Part shown: piece after piece, positions 13,235-26,406 of the stretch | Layout: each line of letters begins with the position of its first letter | Numbering within the stretch: position 1 is the stretch's first letter | Origin: the human T2T-CHM13v2.0 reference genome, Homo sapiens | Direction: 5' to 3' (one strand) | Assembly: GCF_009914755.1 (NCBI RefSeq) | Contig: NC_060931.1 | Length of the DNA stretch: 64,000 nt | Program-made: the position numbers and the translations under genes | The notes under the pieces: model-generated | Seen by the model: only the letters and a program-made list of their open reading frames with translations | What the model was told of the DNA's origin: nothing | The model's database searches: none

Positions 13235-13686
13235 CAAATGCTAATCCATCAGTAAAACCTGTCAGCTCTACCTTCAGATCCAGAATCTGACCACTTTTCA
13301 CCACTTGTATAGTCCTCATGCTGGTCCAAGCCACCTTCAACTGTGACTGGAGTTTTGTAGTTACCTCCTTAGAAGCTCTCTACTTCCACTCTTGCCCAGA
13401 CCTCCAACTCCCTTCAGCCTATTCTTTACAGTGTGACTGGAGAGACACTTTTAAAACATCTGTCAGAACATGTCACTCCTCCACTCAAAAACCTACCAGT
13501 GGCTTCCCACTTTCACTCAGAATAAAAGCCAAAGTCTTTACATATGTGTTCTGGCCACCTCACAGCGCCCACTACTCTGATTTTATCTTCTTCATGGGCT
13601 TTCTTCCTGTTCACCAAACAATCCAAATATGTTCTGGTCTTTGTGACACTGCACTTGCTGCTCCTCTGCCTGGAATTATCTTCCTA
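13235..13686 (+). mobile_element. L2 fragment
   Basis: 'ccagaatctgaccacttttcaccac...ggtccaagccacc...ggcttcccactttcactcagaataaaagccaaagtc'. Confidence 0.8.
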
Positions 13687-15217
13687 CAGAAGATGTAGAA
13701 GTGGCTTTGGGCACTCTGGACAATGAGCAGAGGCTGAAAGAATTTGGAGCAGCAGGCTAGAAAAGGCCTAGATTATCATGAGGGCTTAGAAGACAAGACT
13801 GGGGAAAGTTTGAAACTTTTTAGATATTCGTTAAGTGGTCATGACTAGAATGCTTATAGAAATATGGACAGTAAAAGCCATTCTAAGGAGGTTTCAGATG
13901 GAAGTGAAGAACAAGATATTGAAAACTGGAGCAAAGGCTATCCTTGTTGTAAAGTGGCAAATAAATTGGCTGAACTGTGTCCAAAGGAACAATTTGAAAG
14001 CAGAGCTTATACTTAACATGGAAGCAAAGCAGAAAAATTTGGCAAACTCAGCCTTGTCACATAAAGAGTGAAAAAGTATGTTCAGGAGAGGAAACTAAGG
14101 GTGTAGTCCAGTGACCATTTGCTAAAGAGATCAGCATGGAAAGAAGGGAGCCAGGTGATAGTCTTCAAGACAATAGAAGAAAGACCACAAAGGCATTTCA
14201 GAAATCTTTGAGGCTGCCCCTCCTATCATTAAGCCCAGAGGTCTAGGGGGAGCAGAATGATTTCAAGAAACAGACCTGGAGTGCTCTCAATGACCTCACT
14301 GTCCAAGATCATCTTGAGACCCTTCTCACTGAAACCCAGCACAGTGCTCTGTGGCCATCCCAGCCATGGTTCAAGGGGTCTTAGGTACAGCTCCAGAAAG
14401 AACAAATTATGAACCTTGATAATGTACATGTGGTGCCAATTCTGCAGGCTTACAGAAAGCAAGAGCTATAGAGGTATGGCAGCCTCCACCCAGATTTCAA
14501 AATATCATGGAAAGCCTGGGGTCCCAGGCAGACTTGTTGCAGAAGCAGAGCCACTGAAGAGAGCCCCTGCTAGAGTAATGCCAAGCAGAAATGTGGGGTT
14601 GAAGCTGCCATATAGTCCTCACCTGGGCAATTCCTGGCAGAACTGTGGGAATGAGGCCATTGCCGAGTCCCCACTGGGGCAATGCCTAGTATAGCTGTAG
14701 GTGTGGGACAGCCACTGGGAGCCCAAATCTGTGAACTCATAGGCAGCATGCAATGCCTGCCTAGGAAAACTTCAGGTACTTAACTCTAGCCCATGGGATC
14801 AGCCATGCGGGCTTCACTCAGCAAAGCCATAAGAGCTGTGCTGCCGGAGGCCCTGGGGGCACAACACCAACTCCAATATGTCCAGGAGGTGGCACATAAA
14901 GTAAAAAAAATGATTATTCTCTAGCTTTAAGATGTAATGCCTGCCCTGCTGGGTTTTGGACTTTCTTGGGTGTGATCTCTCTTTCCGTTGGCCTACATCT
15001 CTCCTTCTGAATGGGTATGTCTTACCCTTTGCCTGTATACCACCACTGTATCTTGAAAGTTGATAATTTTTTTGTAATGTTAGGGCTCACAGATGGAACT
15101 CTGGATTTTGGACTTTTGAGTTGGTGCTAGAATGAATTAAAACTCTATGACTATGGCAATGGAATGAATGTATTTGTATATGAGAAAATTTTTTGTTTTG
15201 GGGGGCTAGAAGCAGGA
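13687..15217 (+). mobile_element. MaLR internal region (MST/MLT1A-int), 5' LTR missing
   Basis: 'gaagtggctttgg...cagaggctgaaagaatttggag...gaggtttcagatggaagtgaagaac' ends in a PPT-like 'ttttggggggctagaagcagga' directly before the LTR. Confidence 0.85.
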
Positions 15218-15647
15218 TGCTATGATTTAAATGTCCTCCCCAAAACTCATGTTGAAAGTTAATCCCCAATACGGCAGTATTGAGAGGTGGGGCCTTTAAG
15301 AGGTGGTTGGATCATGAGGACTCTGCCCTCATGAGTAGATTAAATCATTTATGAATTAATGAATTAATGGGTTGATGGGTTAATTGGTTATCATGGGAGT
15401 GGAACTGGAAGCTTTATAAGAAAAAGTGGAGTCCTGAGTTAGAATGTTAGCACACTCATCCGCCCCACCATGAAATGTCCTGTGAGGCCTTGGGTCTCCG
15501 TAGAGTCTCCAGCAAGAAGGCTCTCACAAGATGTGACCCCTTGATCTTAGACTTCTCAGTCTCCATAACTGTAAGAAATAAGTTCTTTTTATTTATAAAA
15601 TACTGTTTCAGGTATTCTGTTTAAGCAACAGAAAACAAACTAAGACA
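15218..15647 (+). mobile_element. MST-type (MSTC/MSTD-like) MaLR LTR
   Basis: Starts 'tgctatgatttaaatgtcctcccaaaactcatgttgaaa' and ends 'gcaacagaaaacaaactaagaca'. Confidence 0.88.
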
Positions 15648-16609
15648 GACCTTAACAGTAAGACTTCATCAAATCAGTCTATATAAAATAAAGGAATTCT
15701 TTCATATTGTTACCAAATGCAATTCTTAAATGTCTATTATGATGCTAACTTGAAGTTGGCTTTTGTTTATTTTGTCTTTTCAGATCTTCTTACTAGAAAA
15801 GTAACTTTGTGTTAGGAAGTCCTAGATTACAGTATCCAATTTACATCTCTAAATTCCTGCCTAGCTCTATTATTTTGATACCCTTTAGCGCCTCTTCATA
15901 TTACATCTGTACAGTGCTATACTTTCAGAATTTCCTCATGCAAAAAAATTATGGGTCTGCTCTGTGCACCCTCTGATAGCCTCGTCCTTTTTTTTTTTTA
16001 GCTCAGTCTCAGCTGATTGTTTTGAAATATCCAGTTATCCGCAGATTAGTCTGATCCTCTTATGGAACTAATGAAGGTCAGCAAGGCAGGAGACCCACAG
16101 TCTTCATAAAATAATAATAATAAATTCCACACTCCCCATGCCCTCTATTTCATTTTACTTTTCTTTGTTACGTGTGTCACATCTGGTACACTGTATATTT
16201 ATTACTTTATTTATTGCTCATCTTCCTCTTCTAAGACACAGTCCAGGAAAAGAACTCTGCTTTGTTCACTGAAGCACCTCTATTGTATGGGACAGCAGAC
16301 ATAATAAATACTCCATAAATATTTGTTAAAAATATTTTAAGTAAATGGATAAATATAAACTATGAATGGAAAATTTCAGGAAGTCTTTACAATAGCAATT
16401 AGATTTTATAAGCCTTTATATGTAACATCCTACCCCTTTAAAATTACCTGTCTCCTCTTCTGTTTTATCTTTTCTTTGCAATTGCCTTGGAGATCAACTT
16501 TGAAAGGGAAATTAAAGTGCACACACACAAACACACACTCCCAGAGACACAGAAGAGGATCATCATTTTGATCTACCAGTTATAGGATGCTAAAAATATA
16601 ACAAGCACT

Positions 16610-16915
16610 GGCCGGGTGCAGTGGCTCACGTCTGTAATCCCAGCACTTTGAGAGGCCGAGGCGGGTGGATCACGAGGTCAGGAGATCGAGACCATCCTGG
16701 TTAACAAGGTGAAACCCCATCTCTACTAAAAATACAAAAAAAAAAAAACTAGCCAGGCATGGTGGCGGGCACCTGTAGTCCCAGCTACTCAGGAGGCTGA
16801 GGCAGGAGAATGGCATGAAGCAGGGAGGTGGAGCTTGCAGTGAGCTGAGATCGCACCTCTGCACTCTAGCCTGGACTACAGAGTGAGACTCAGTCTCAAA
16901 AACAAAAACAAAAAA
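16610..16915 (+). mobile_element. AluY-like
   Basis: 'gagatcgagaccatcctgg', 'gagaatggcatgaa', 'ggagcttgcagtgag' are Y-type diagnostics; A-rich tail. Confidence 0.95.
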
Positions 16916-17989
16916 TCACACACTGTGCTAAGCATTTTACATGGATGCTCCCATAGTCTCTCTAGTAAAAACAGTGAATAGCTTTCCCAAGGGCTCCACA
17001 GAGAACAGATTTGAATGAAGCAGTCAGACCCTACAATGAGCCTTTTAACTGACATGGCATCTACCTTAGTCTTCATCAGTCTTGCAATCTCCTCTTGAAT
17101 ACATAGCAATAACCCAGTGCATTTGTTTTCATGATGGTGTAATATGTCTCACTGTGATAACTCACAGTGAGCTATGGAATCATTAGCAGCTAGGACTTCC
17201 CCATATATGTTGTTTTTTCTGTTAGATTTGGGGAAAATAAGAGGATTTAACAGCATATACTACATTTAACCAAGATGCAGAAAATTAATAACCTTAGAAT
17301 TCAGTAAAACTATGATCAAAATATCATTTAACTAATTCTTGTGCTAGAATTATATTTGTCAGCCATTTGTAATTGGGGAAAAGATAAAGGCTTTCTATGG
17401 ACTGAAGGGAAGACTGAGAGGCAACTGTGTTAGGAAAGTCAGAGAGCTCTTCAGCCAGAAATGTGAGATCACTTGAGCAGGAGAATGGGGGAAGAGCAGA
17501 GATTGAGGCAGGAGAGGAGAATGAGGGAAGAAGGAAGATTTCAGAGAGGTTTTGAAGAGATGTAACCAATAAAATGTTCTGAGTTAATGGCTGGGGGAGA
17601 GAAGTGGTGAAAAAATGGTAAGCAACTCAACAGCCCAAGAGGTTTCTACTTGTGTCTAGATGGGAGGTTGGATGGTATCTTTAGTTGAGCTAAGCAGATC
17701 CTGTCTAGTAATGTCAGTTTCATTGATATTAACTAGTTATCTAAGAGTTAATAATCTAGTTATAAGTTCATCATGCTGTACTATCCTGAAAATTTTGGTT
17801 TATTCACATAAATATTATTAAAATATCTGTCAAATGTTAACTGAAATCTAGGTACCTTTTGTCTACTCATTCCTCTTATCTACCAGTCTTACAACTGGAA
17901 ATAGTTACTTTATAATATAACAATATAGTATCATACAAGAAAATGTAATGTATAATATATAATAATCCCTGTTATTACTAGCTAACCAG

Positions 17990-18170
17990 TATTGAGCACT
18001 TACTATGTGCTGCACACATTGTCTATTTCTAGCCTCACAACAAATGTATGAGTTAGATGGGATTGAAGTAAGGCTAAGTAACTTGTCAAGTTCATATGTA
18101 AGTAGAAGCCAAGATTTAAACTAATGTAATTTGAATCTAGACTCCAAACCCCTAACAAGTAATGTATCTT
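17990..18170 (-). mobile_element. MIR SINE
   Basis: 'tattgagcacttactatgtgc...ggctaagtaacttgtcaag...ctagactccaaa'; approximate. Confidence 0.65.
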
Positions 18171-19029
18171 GCCTTTAGGTTTGCTTTTTTTTACTGTCTC
18201 CCAAATCATTTGTTAAATTATGAGAGACTTTTCAACATCTATAACTATTTTTCATGTAATTTCCACTAATTATACTTGCTTTATGTACAGACAAAACACC
18301 ATTTTTAAATGCATGAAAATCAAGCACATTCTTTTAATGCATTCAAATAAATTGGAATTATATGGATTAGCAGCTTAATAAAATAATAATATTTCTTTTT
18401 ATTCTTCTCTAAATTGCTTATTTTTTTCTTATCACTTTTTGTGATGGAAAATCTCATGCTTAAATATTTGCCTTGATACACATAATTAAATTCAGAACAA
18501 TTCAACTTTAAATGGCTAAATCTTGCCAATACTAGATTTAATGCATAAACTACTTGGATGGACTAAAATGGCATATAATTTTTGAATATCATTACTGAAA
18601 CTCTACTGTCTGCTGCCTGAGCCTACTGTGCTAATTTGATAGATTTTTAAAAGAAAAAGCTCTTTGATTTGGAAAGACACAGCAAAAAATTGACAGGCAT
18701 GAATCTGGCATTTTGTCACTCAAATGAATATGATAATGATGGTATCATTAGGCAAAATAATAATGTGACAGTTTCATATAATGAAGGAACACTTCTGTGC
18801 CAGAGAATTTAAATGTCGAGCACCTGGATTCCCAGATGTTTACCAGTTTCAGTCACGCAAAACCCTCTACTAACCTGTGCTCCCTGAATAATAATTTTGA
18901 AGGCATTGGGTAGTTATAGAGCAAAGGCCAAAAGATATAATCATTGCTGGTGTAGGGGGGAAGTAAATTCCCTTGTTCATTTGTTGATCTGTATTTACTC
19001 AATTAGCATAGCCTAATTTGGATTACTGT

Positions 19030-19565
19030 AGAAAAACAGGAAATGGGGTTGTAACCTTTATCCTCAGATACTTCTTAATTATTCTTTTGGAAAGGAGGCT
19101 TTCATTTCTTATCCATATGTAGTTCTTCAGATGTAAACAGGCGGGAGGGGAGGGGAAGGAAGGGGAAGGGAGGGGAGGGGTTTTCCTGTTAGGATTGGAT
19201 CCTCCCCTCCCCAATTTAGAAACAATCCCATTCTCCCCCTATTGTCCCATGATTACAAGTTTACAGAAGCCTCAAGATTTGTATGGAAGCCAAGTTCCTG
19301 AGTGTCTTGGTGTTTATTCACCCAGTTACTGTGATTCAAAGGTGTCTTGGCACATGGTGGAACAGGTGAAGTAATTACTAAGCTTCCTCCTTCCTTGTCC
19401 TTAGAAGGACAAGGTCCTGCCTTATTTTTAGTTAAGAGGCACAATATAATAGGTAAGCAATTTTGACCTGTTGAGAATCAGCTTTGCTCAGGCAGTGGTG
19501 AGTTGTTTTTGTTCAGTTCTTCAAAGCAATCACGTGGCACACACCTGATTACTGACAGTAAGCAT
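19030..19565 (+). promoter_or_regulatory. Candidate promoter/enhancer and possible first exon
   Basis: Repeat-free block with FOX TGTAAACA (19132-19139), GGGAGGGG boxes, NF-kB-like GGGGTTTTCC (19177-19186), CCAAT on both strands (19194-19198, 19211-19215), E-box CACGTG (19531-19536) and three GT donors; motif evidence only. Confidence 0.4.
19143..19180 (+). repeat. Polypurine G-tract (G-quadruplex/triplex-prone)
   Basis: gggaggggaggggaaggaaggggaagggaggggagggg: 38 nt of pure purine with seven runs of 3 or more G. Confidence 0.85.
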
Positions 19566-19711
19566 GTATGGTACCAACTTCCTTCTGCCCTTTACAGAAT
19601 GACCTTCTCACATAGAGAGTTCTAAATTCCAGTTCTCTAAAGGATTCCTGTACATTCAGAAGACACCTAAGTAATCCTGATGGTAACAAATCATTTCATT
19701 GATCATGCATG

Positions 19712-19890
19712 CAGCAGTGGTTCAATCTTGGCTGCCCCTCAAGGTCACTTGGAGAGCCACAAGAGCAAGGATTACTGGGTCCCTCCTCCAAAGATTCTGC
19801 TTTAATTGGTCTGGGTTATGGCCCAGGATTCAGCATATTTCGGAGATCCTAGGTGATTCTAATGTGCAGCCAAAATTGAGCTTTTCTGGT
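19712..19890. mobile_element. MER5A/B hAT-Charlie MITE
   Basis: 'cagtggttcaatcttggctgc...agattctgctttaattggtctggg...aggtgattctaatgtgcagcca'. Confidence 0.8.
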
Positions 19891-20697
19891 CAAGAGGCTT
19901 AGAAACAACTTAGTCAACAGGTGCTCAGTATTTGAATCACCTTCTGGACATTGGTTGTTATTTTCCACATGTATACTGACTTCACTAAGTTAATTACTTA
20001 TTTAAAATTCTCAGAGCACAGCAAAGCACTCTCTGTGAATATCAATTTGTTGAAGAGTCCTGTTGTAGGGCAAAATATTTGATTTTTGTTTATGTTTTAA
20101 AAAATCAATCTAAGCTTATTTTAAAGACATTTAGAAAGGACATCCAAGTTTTCTCTCTTAGGATCACTTTCTACTATTGTTATTTGTAGAAGTAAAATTT
20201 TTAAAAAAAACACTTTTTTTCTGGCTATTAGGTAGAATAATTTTAACGTATAAAAATTATAAATGCTACCAATTGCTTTTGTGTTCTTAATACAGTGAAA
20301 AAAGGTGACTTACCTACTTTGATTAGGTTCCTTATCATCCTAGAAGTTGGGCCTGAAACTGTGACGTTCAAGGGAATAAAAAGACAAATAAGCAGTCCCG
20401 GTTTCATATAGAAGTCAAAGAATTTCTAGATGTAAATAAAGAGTTCATGTTTAAAGAAAATGTCACACTTCATCTATAGGCATTCCTATCTTGAAAATTG
20501 TATTTGAATGATAAATGTTGGCATTTGATTTAAAAATGTCTCTTGAATTCAGAAAACTTGGCATCTGATATTTGTAGCCAGATGTCTGGGTCAAAGTATC
20601 TTGTAGTATTATCTCAATATCTGGATCCTTTCCTGATTCAAAGAATTAAAACTCTGAAATAAATTGAAATTCAATGTATGTAATGTGTTTTGCTTAA

Positions 20698-21077
<380 letters not shown>

Positions 21078-21579
21078 GCATCATTTCAAATTTTTAAGCC
21101 CAGGATAAATTAATTCAAGATTCATTTATAAATCATCCTATGGGCTTTCCAACTTTTTCTAGAAAAATTCACAAGTTATAGGTGTACATGACTGAGCCTA
21201 GAGAAAGGCAGAGATGTACCTCAACCTGTCCTGCCTAAGAGGTCACTCCAGAGTCAGAGGCCAGTACTTAGGACAGTAGGAGAAAGGATATCCTGAGAGA
21301 CTGAGTAATGAGGAATTGAGCTTCCCACAGCTTTGTCTGGGACCTGATTTTAGGCTTCTGATACTAAGGCCAGACAATCAGTCTTGGTTCAAATGTTGCC
21401 AAGACTAGAAAGCCTCATATCTCTACACTACATCTACCTCTTCTATGATATTTAGGGTCATTTGTCACGTGTTACTGTGACTTATATCAGCTTATAGCTC
21501 TCCTATTAGATTACTTAAATAACCTGAATATTTAGCCAACATACTATCATAGCCCTTTCCTTTAATATATGAACCAAAT

Positions 21580-22990
21580 GTTCTGCCTCCAAAGTATATC
21601 CTGATTCCCTCCCCTTCTTTCCAATTCCACTGCTACCACCTCAGTGGAAATACTGCATTCAATGAGGCAGATGAGGAGCTGCTCTCACAAAGCTTACATT
21701 CTAGTGGAAGGAGACAGACTTTCCTTTAAGCCCTTTGCAATATTTCTGAGGGACAATCAGGCTAGGTATTACATCCATCTGATGATATACAGCTCTGAAT
21801 TATTGTTTCCTCTAAATGCTCTCTGACACAGCGTCCTTCCTCATGATCTCCTCTTGTCCGCTCTTGTCACCCTTTTACCTCCGCTCAATCTATTTTTAAC
21901 ACAGTAGTTAAGTAATCTTTGCTCTTTGACACGTTGTGTCTCTTCTTAATTACCTCCATTCTCTTCTCTTAGAATAAAACCCAAGTTCTTCACCACAACC
22001 CTTCTCCCCAGCGTGACTTGACATCTTTTCTTCCACCTCTAGGCCTCATTTCAATGTCTCAAATTTGCTAAACTTGTAGCCATTTCAAGAGCCTTTGAAC
22101 TTGTCTTTCCTTGTGCTTGGAAATTGGTTTTTGTCCATGTATTCTACATATCAGTGCATGTTATCTATTACTCTGTGACAAATTATTCAAAATCTAGTAG
22201 TATGACACAATAAATTTTATTGTATTTGGGCAGGGGTGGGGGTCAGAAATTTGGGAACAACTTTGTTGAGTGATTCTGTCTTGAGGTCTCTCATGAAGGT
22301 GAAGTCAAGATGTCAGTGAGGGTTGCAGGCATCTGAAGGCTTGACTGGGGCTTAAAGATCTACCTCCAAGATGGATCACATATGTAGCTGCTGGCTGGAG
22401 GCTTCAGTTTTGCTCAATTTTGGCAAAAGGTCTTAGTTTCTTACCACAAAGCCTTCTCCCCAAAGTTGTTTGAGTGTCTTCCCAACATGACAGCTAAGTG
22501 TCCCCCAGGGTGAATAATCAGAGTTAGAGAAGAAGCCACAATGCCTTTTATGACCTAGTCATGCTTTCACTATATTCTCTCCATTAGAAGTGAATTAGGA
22601 AGTCCTTCCCACACTAAAAGGAAGAGAATTAGTTTTTATCTTTTGGAGGAAGGAATGTAGAAGAATTTATGAACATATTTAAAAACTATCACAATTACTG
22701 AAATTTAAACTTAAGTTTAGGAAGGAGGAAGCTTAGATGTACTTTACTTGATCATATTAAATAAAAAGCTTTCCCAGTCACATTCTATTTATCTCTCTGT
22801 TTTTTTTTTCACTTTGCACCATGTGTCATTCTCTTAAATTATCCTGTTTATTTCTCGTCTGTCTCTTCCCACTAGAATGCAAGCTTTATGAAAGCAGCTC
22901 CTCATCTGCTTCGTTCAGTGCAGTATTTCCAGTGCCTGGGAACATGCCTGGCACAGGGTGGTGTTCAGTAAATGTTTCTTGTATGAATGA
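21580..22990 (+). mobile_element. Fragmented L2, interrupted by a templated insertion (21645-21824) and an MLT1 LTR
   Basis: L2-like 'ccactgctaccacc', 'ttagaataaaacccaagttcttcacc' and 3' end 'cccactagaatgcaagc...tgcctggcacag...cagtaaatgtttcttgtatgaatga'. Confidence 0.7.
22155..22693 (-). mobile_element. MLT1 (F/G/H-like) MaLR LTR
   Basis: 'ggtcagaaatttgggaac...gtcaagatgtcagtgagggttgcaggcatctgaaggcttgactgggg...atttaaaaactatcaca'. Confidence 0.8.
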
Positions 22991-23337
22991 AACTGACTGT
23001 ATTCCTCATTTCACTGACATGAAGAGTCTAGTGCCCTTTGCAATATTTCTGAGGGATAATGAGGCTGGGTATTACATCTATCTGGTGATATGCAGCTCCG
23101 AATTATTGCTTCCTCTATAATGCTCTCTCCTGACTTACTCTCTCTCCTCTTTAGATGTCTCTCCCTTCTCCACACTGGTCTGCTCCAGCTGCAGATACCA
23201 TTATTGCTTCTGCTTTATCCAAAGCACCATTAATGTAAATTGTGAGCAATGCATTTACCTGAAAGTTTGGGAATTTACAGTGGGAAAACACAGAATTGGT
23301 AATTGCTAAAAATTACAAACCAGCCTTCACATTTCTT

Positions 23338-24036
23338 TTTTTTTTTTTTTTTCATTGGGGGACTTATCATCATGGTTTCATTTTTTTTTTTTAATTTTAT
23401 TTTTTTTAGTTTTAAGTTTTGGGATACATGTGCAGGACATCCGGGTTTGTTACATGGGTAAACTTATGCCATGGTGGTTTGCTGCACCTACCAACCCATC
23501 ACCTAGGTATTAAGCCCCACATGCATTAGCTATTTACCCTGATGTTCTCCCTCCCCTGCCCCCACAACAGGCCTCAGTGTGTGTTGTTCCCCTCCCTGGG
23601 TCCATGTATTCTCATTGTTCAGCTCCCATGTATGAACAAGAACATGCAGTGTTTGATTTTCTGTTCCTGTGTTAGTTTGCTGAAGATGATGGCTTCCAGC
23701 TTCATCCATGACCTTGCAATGGACATGATCTCATTCCTTTTTATGGCTGCATAGTATTCCATGATGTATATGTACCACAGTTTCTTTATCCAATCCATCA
23801 TTGATGGGCATTTGGGTTGATTTCATGTCTTTGTTATTGTGAATAGTGCTGCAATAAACAAACATGTGCATGTATCTTTATAATAGAACGATTTATATTC
23901 CTTTGGGTATATACTCAGTAGTGGAATTCCTGGGTCAAATGGTCTTTCTGGTACTAGATCCTTGAGGAAATGCCACACTGTCTTCCACAATGGTTGAACT
24001 AATTTACATTCCTACCAACAGTGTAAAAGCATTCCT
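23338..24036 (-). mobile_element. 5'-truncated L1PA (about L1PA10-13) with a double A-tail / 3' transduction
   Basis: L1 3'UTR and ORF2 end on minus; TSD cagccttcacatttctt (23321-23337) / cagccttgacacttctt (24037-24053), 15/17 identical. Confidence 0.93.
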
Positions 24037-24404
24037 CAGCCTTGACACTTCTTAAAGTTCCCTGGCCATCTCCACCAGGGGGATTTTCTCATGGACTTCC
24101 TTCTTCCTTGATGTTGAAGACCCCACTACCACTCTATCTTAAGGCTTTTTCTTATCTGTTATCCTCTCTTAATTCCATAGGCTTAAAATTTATCCTTTCT
24201 TTCATCAGCTAAGGGAAAACAAAATATTTTGGTTACTTTATGATGTGGAAAAATCAATTCTTTATCTCAATGACTCCAGTTCCACATTAAGACATGGGCC
24301 TATTGTCATAAAACTACAAAGGTCCATTAAAACTTTGTCTTAAACAATAATTAATTCACCATTGGGCAGAATTTGTCTTTAATCAAACACTAAACTAATT
24401 ACTA

Positions 24405-24943
24405 CTGTGAAGTGATTTTGCTGATGAAATTAAGGCAGGTGATCTTAAAATAGGGGGAGTGTCCTGGATTATCCATTGGGCCCTATGTTATCACGTGAGA
24501 CCATAAAATCTAAAAAGGAAGGTAGAAGAGTGAGAGAGAGAGAAAAAAAGAAAAAAAAAGTTCATGCAGGAGAGGAGGTCAGAGAAATTGGAAGCATAAG
24601 AAAAACTTGACCTGCCATTACTGGCTTTGAAGATCATGGGGGCACTAACCAAGGAATACAGGTGGCCTCTGGAAGCTGAGAATGGCCCCTGGAAGACAGT
24701 CAGCAAGGACACAAAGACCTGAGTCCTCCAACTGCATGGAACTGATTTGCCACAATCTGAATGGGCTTGAAAAATGATTCATCTGCAGAGCTTCTAGACA
24801 GGATTGCAGTCCTGCCAACACCTTGATTTTTGTCTTGTGAAACTCTAAGCAGAGAACCAACCGAGCAATGCCATGCTCAGATTTCTGATCTACAGAAACA
24901 CATAATACATGAGTGTTGTTTTAAGCTGCTATTTGCAGTAATA
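24405..24943 (+). mobile_element. MLT1D/E-like MaLR LTR (partial)
   Basis: 'cctggattatccattggg...ggtggcctctggaagctgagaatggcccc...ctgccaacaccttgattt...gtgttgttttaagctgcta'. Confidence 0.82.
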
Positions 24944-24944
24944 G

Positions 24945-25180
24945 GACCTTATATGTATTAACTTGTTGAATTTTCACAACACCATGAAAAGTATGTTATA
25001 ATTAGTTGCATCTTATAGACGAGGAAACTGAGACACAGAAATATAAACTAACTTGACCAAGGTTATTAAGTTAACTAACATAACAAAGACTACTTATAAG
25101 TGGTAGAAACATGGTGTTGAACCTAAGAGTCTGCCTCCGAAGTCTTCCTCTTAACGTATATATCTTAACATATATATTAC
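24945..25180 (-). mobile_element. MIR SINE
   Basis: 'catcttatagacgaggaaactgagacacaga...aacttgaccaagg'. Confidence 0.75.
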
Positions 25181-25563
25181 ACTGCCTCTCATGCAAAAAA
25201 GGTCAGCTGGTCATTTCAAGAACTACTATCTTTCTCCCTCCTCTGCTTTTTCTTTTTCTCTTCCTCCTTTTATTCTTTACTTCTAAATATTAGTGCTTAA
25301 AATAAATCCAGAGACTCAAATAGCCTTTTATGCTTAGGCCATCTTGATTAGGGAAAGGAGAGTGTTCAATATCTTCTTTTGGTTTTTCTGTTCATGTACA
25401 TTTTAGAGAAATCTGAGGCAGAAAGTTACTTCTGTAAATCCCCACTTTGCCAGGTTTAACAAAGAAGTAAGTCCAGCAGTTATTTCAATACCAGTGTTTT
25501 TGAAACTTAGAGACTATAGAATATTTTGCATTGTTTTTATGCCCTAAAAAATTAACCAATATA

Positions 25564-25917
<354 letters not shown>

Positions 25918-25966
25918 CTAAACGCTATATTTCATTTGGATATAATTTTTAATCCTAGAATTTTAA

Positions 25967-26406
<440 letters not shown>

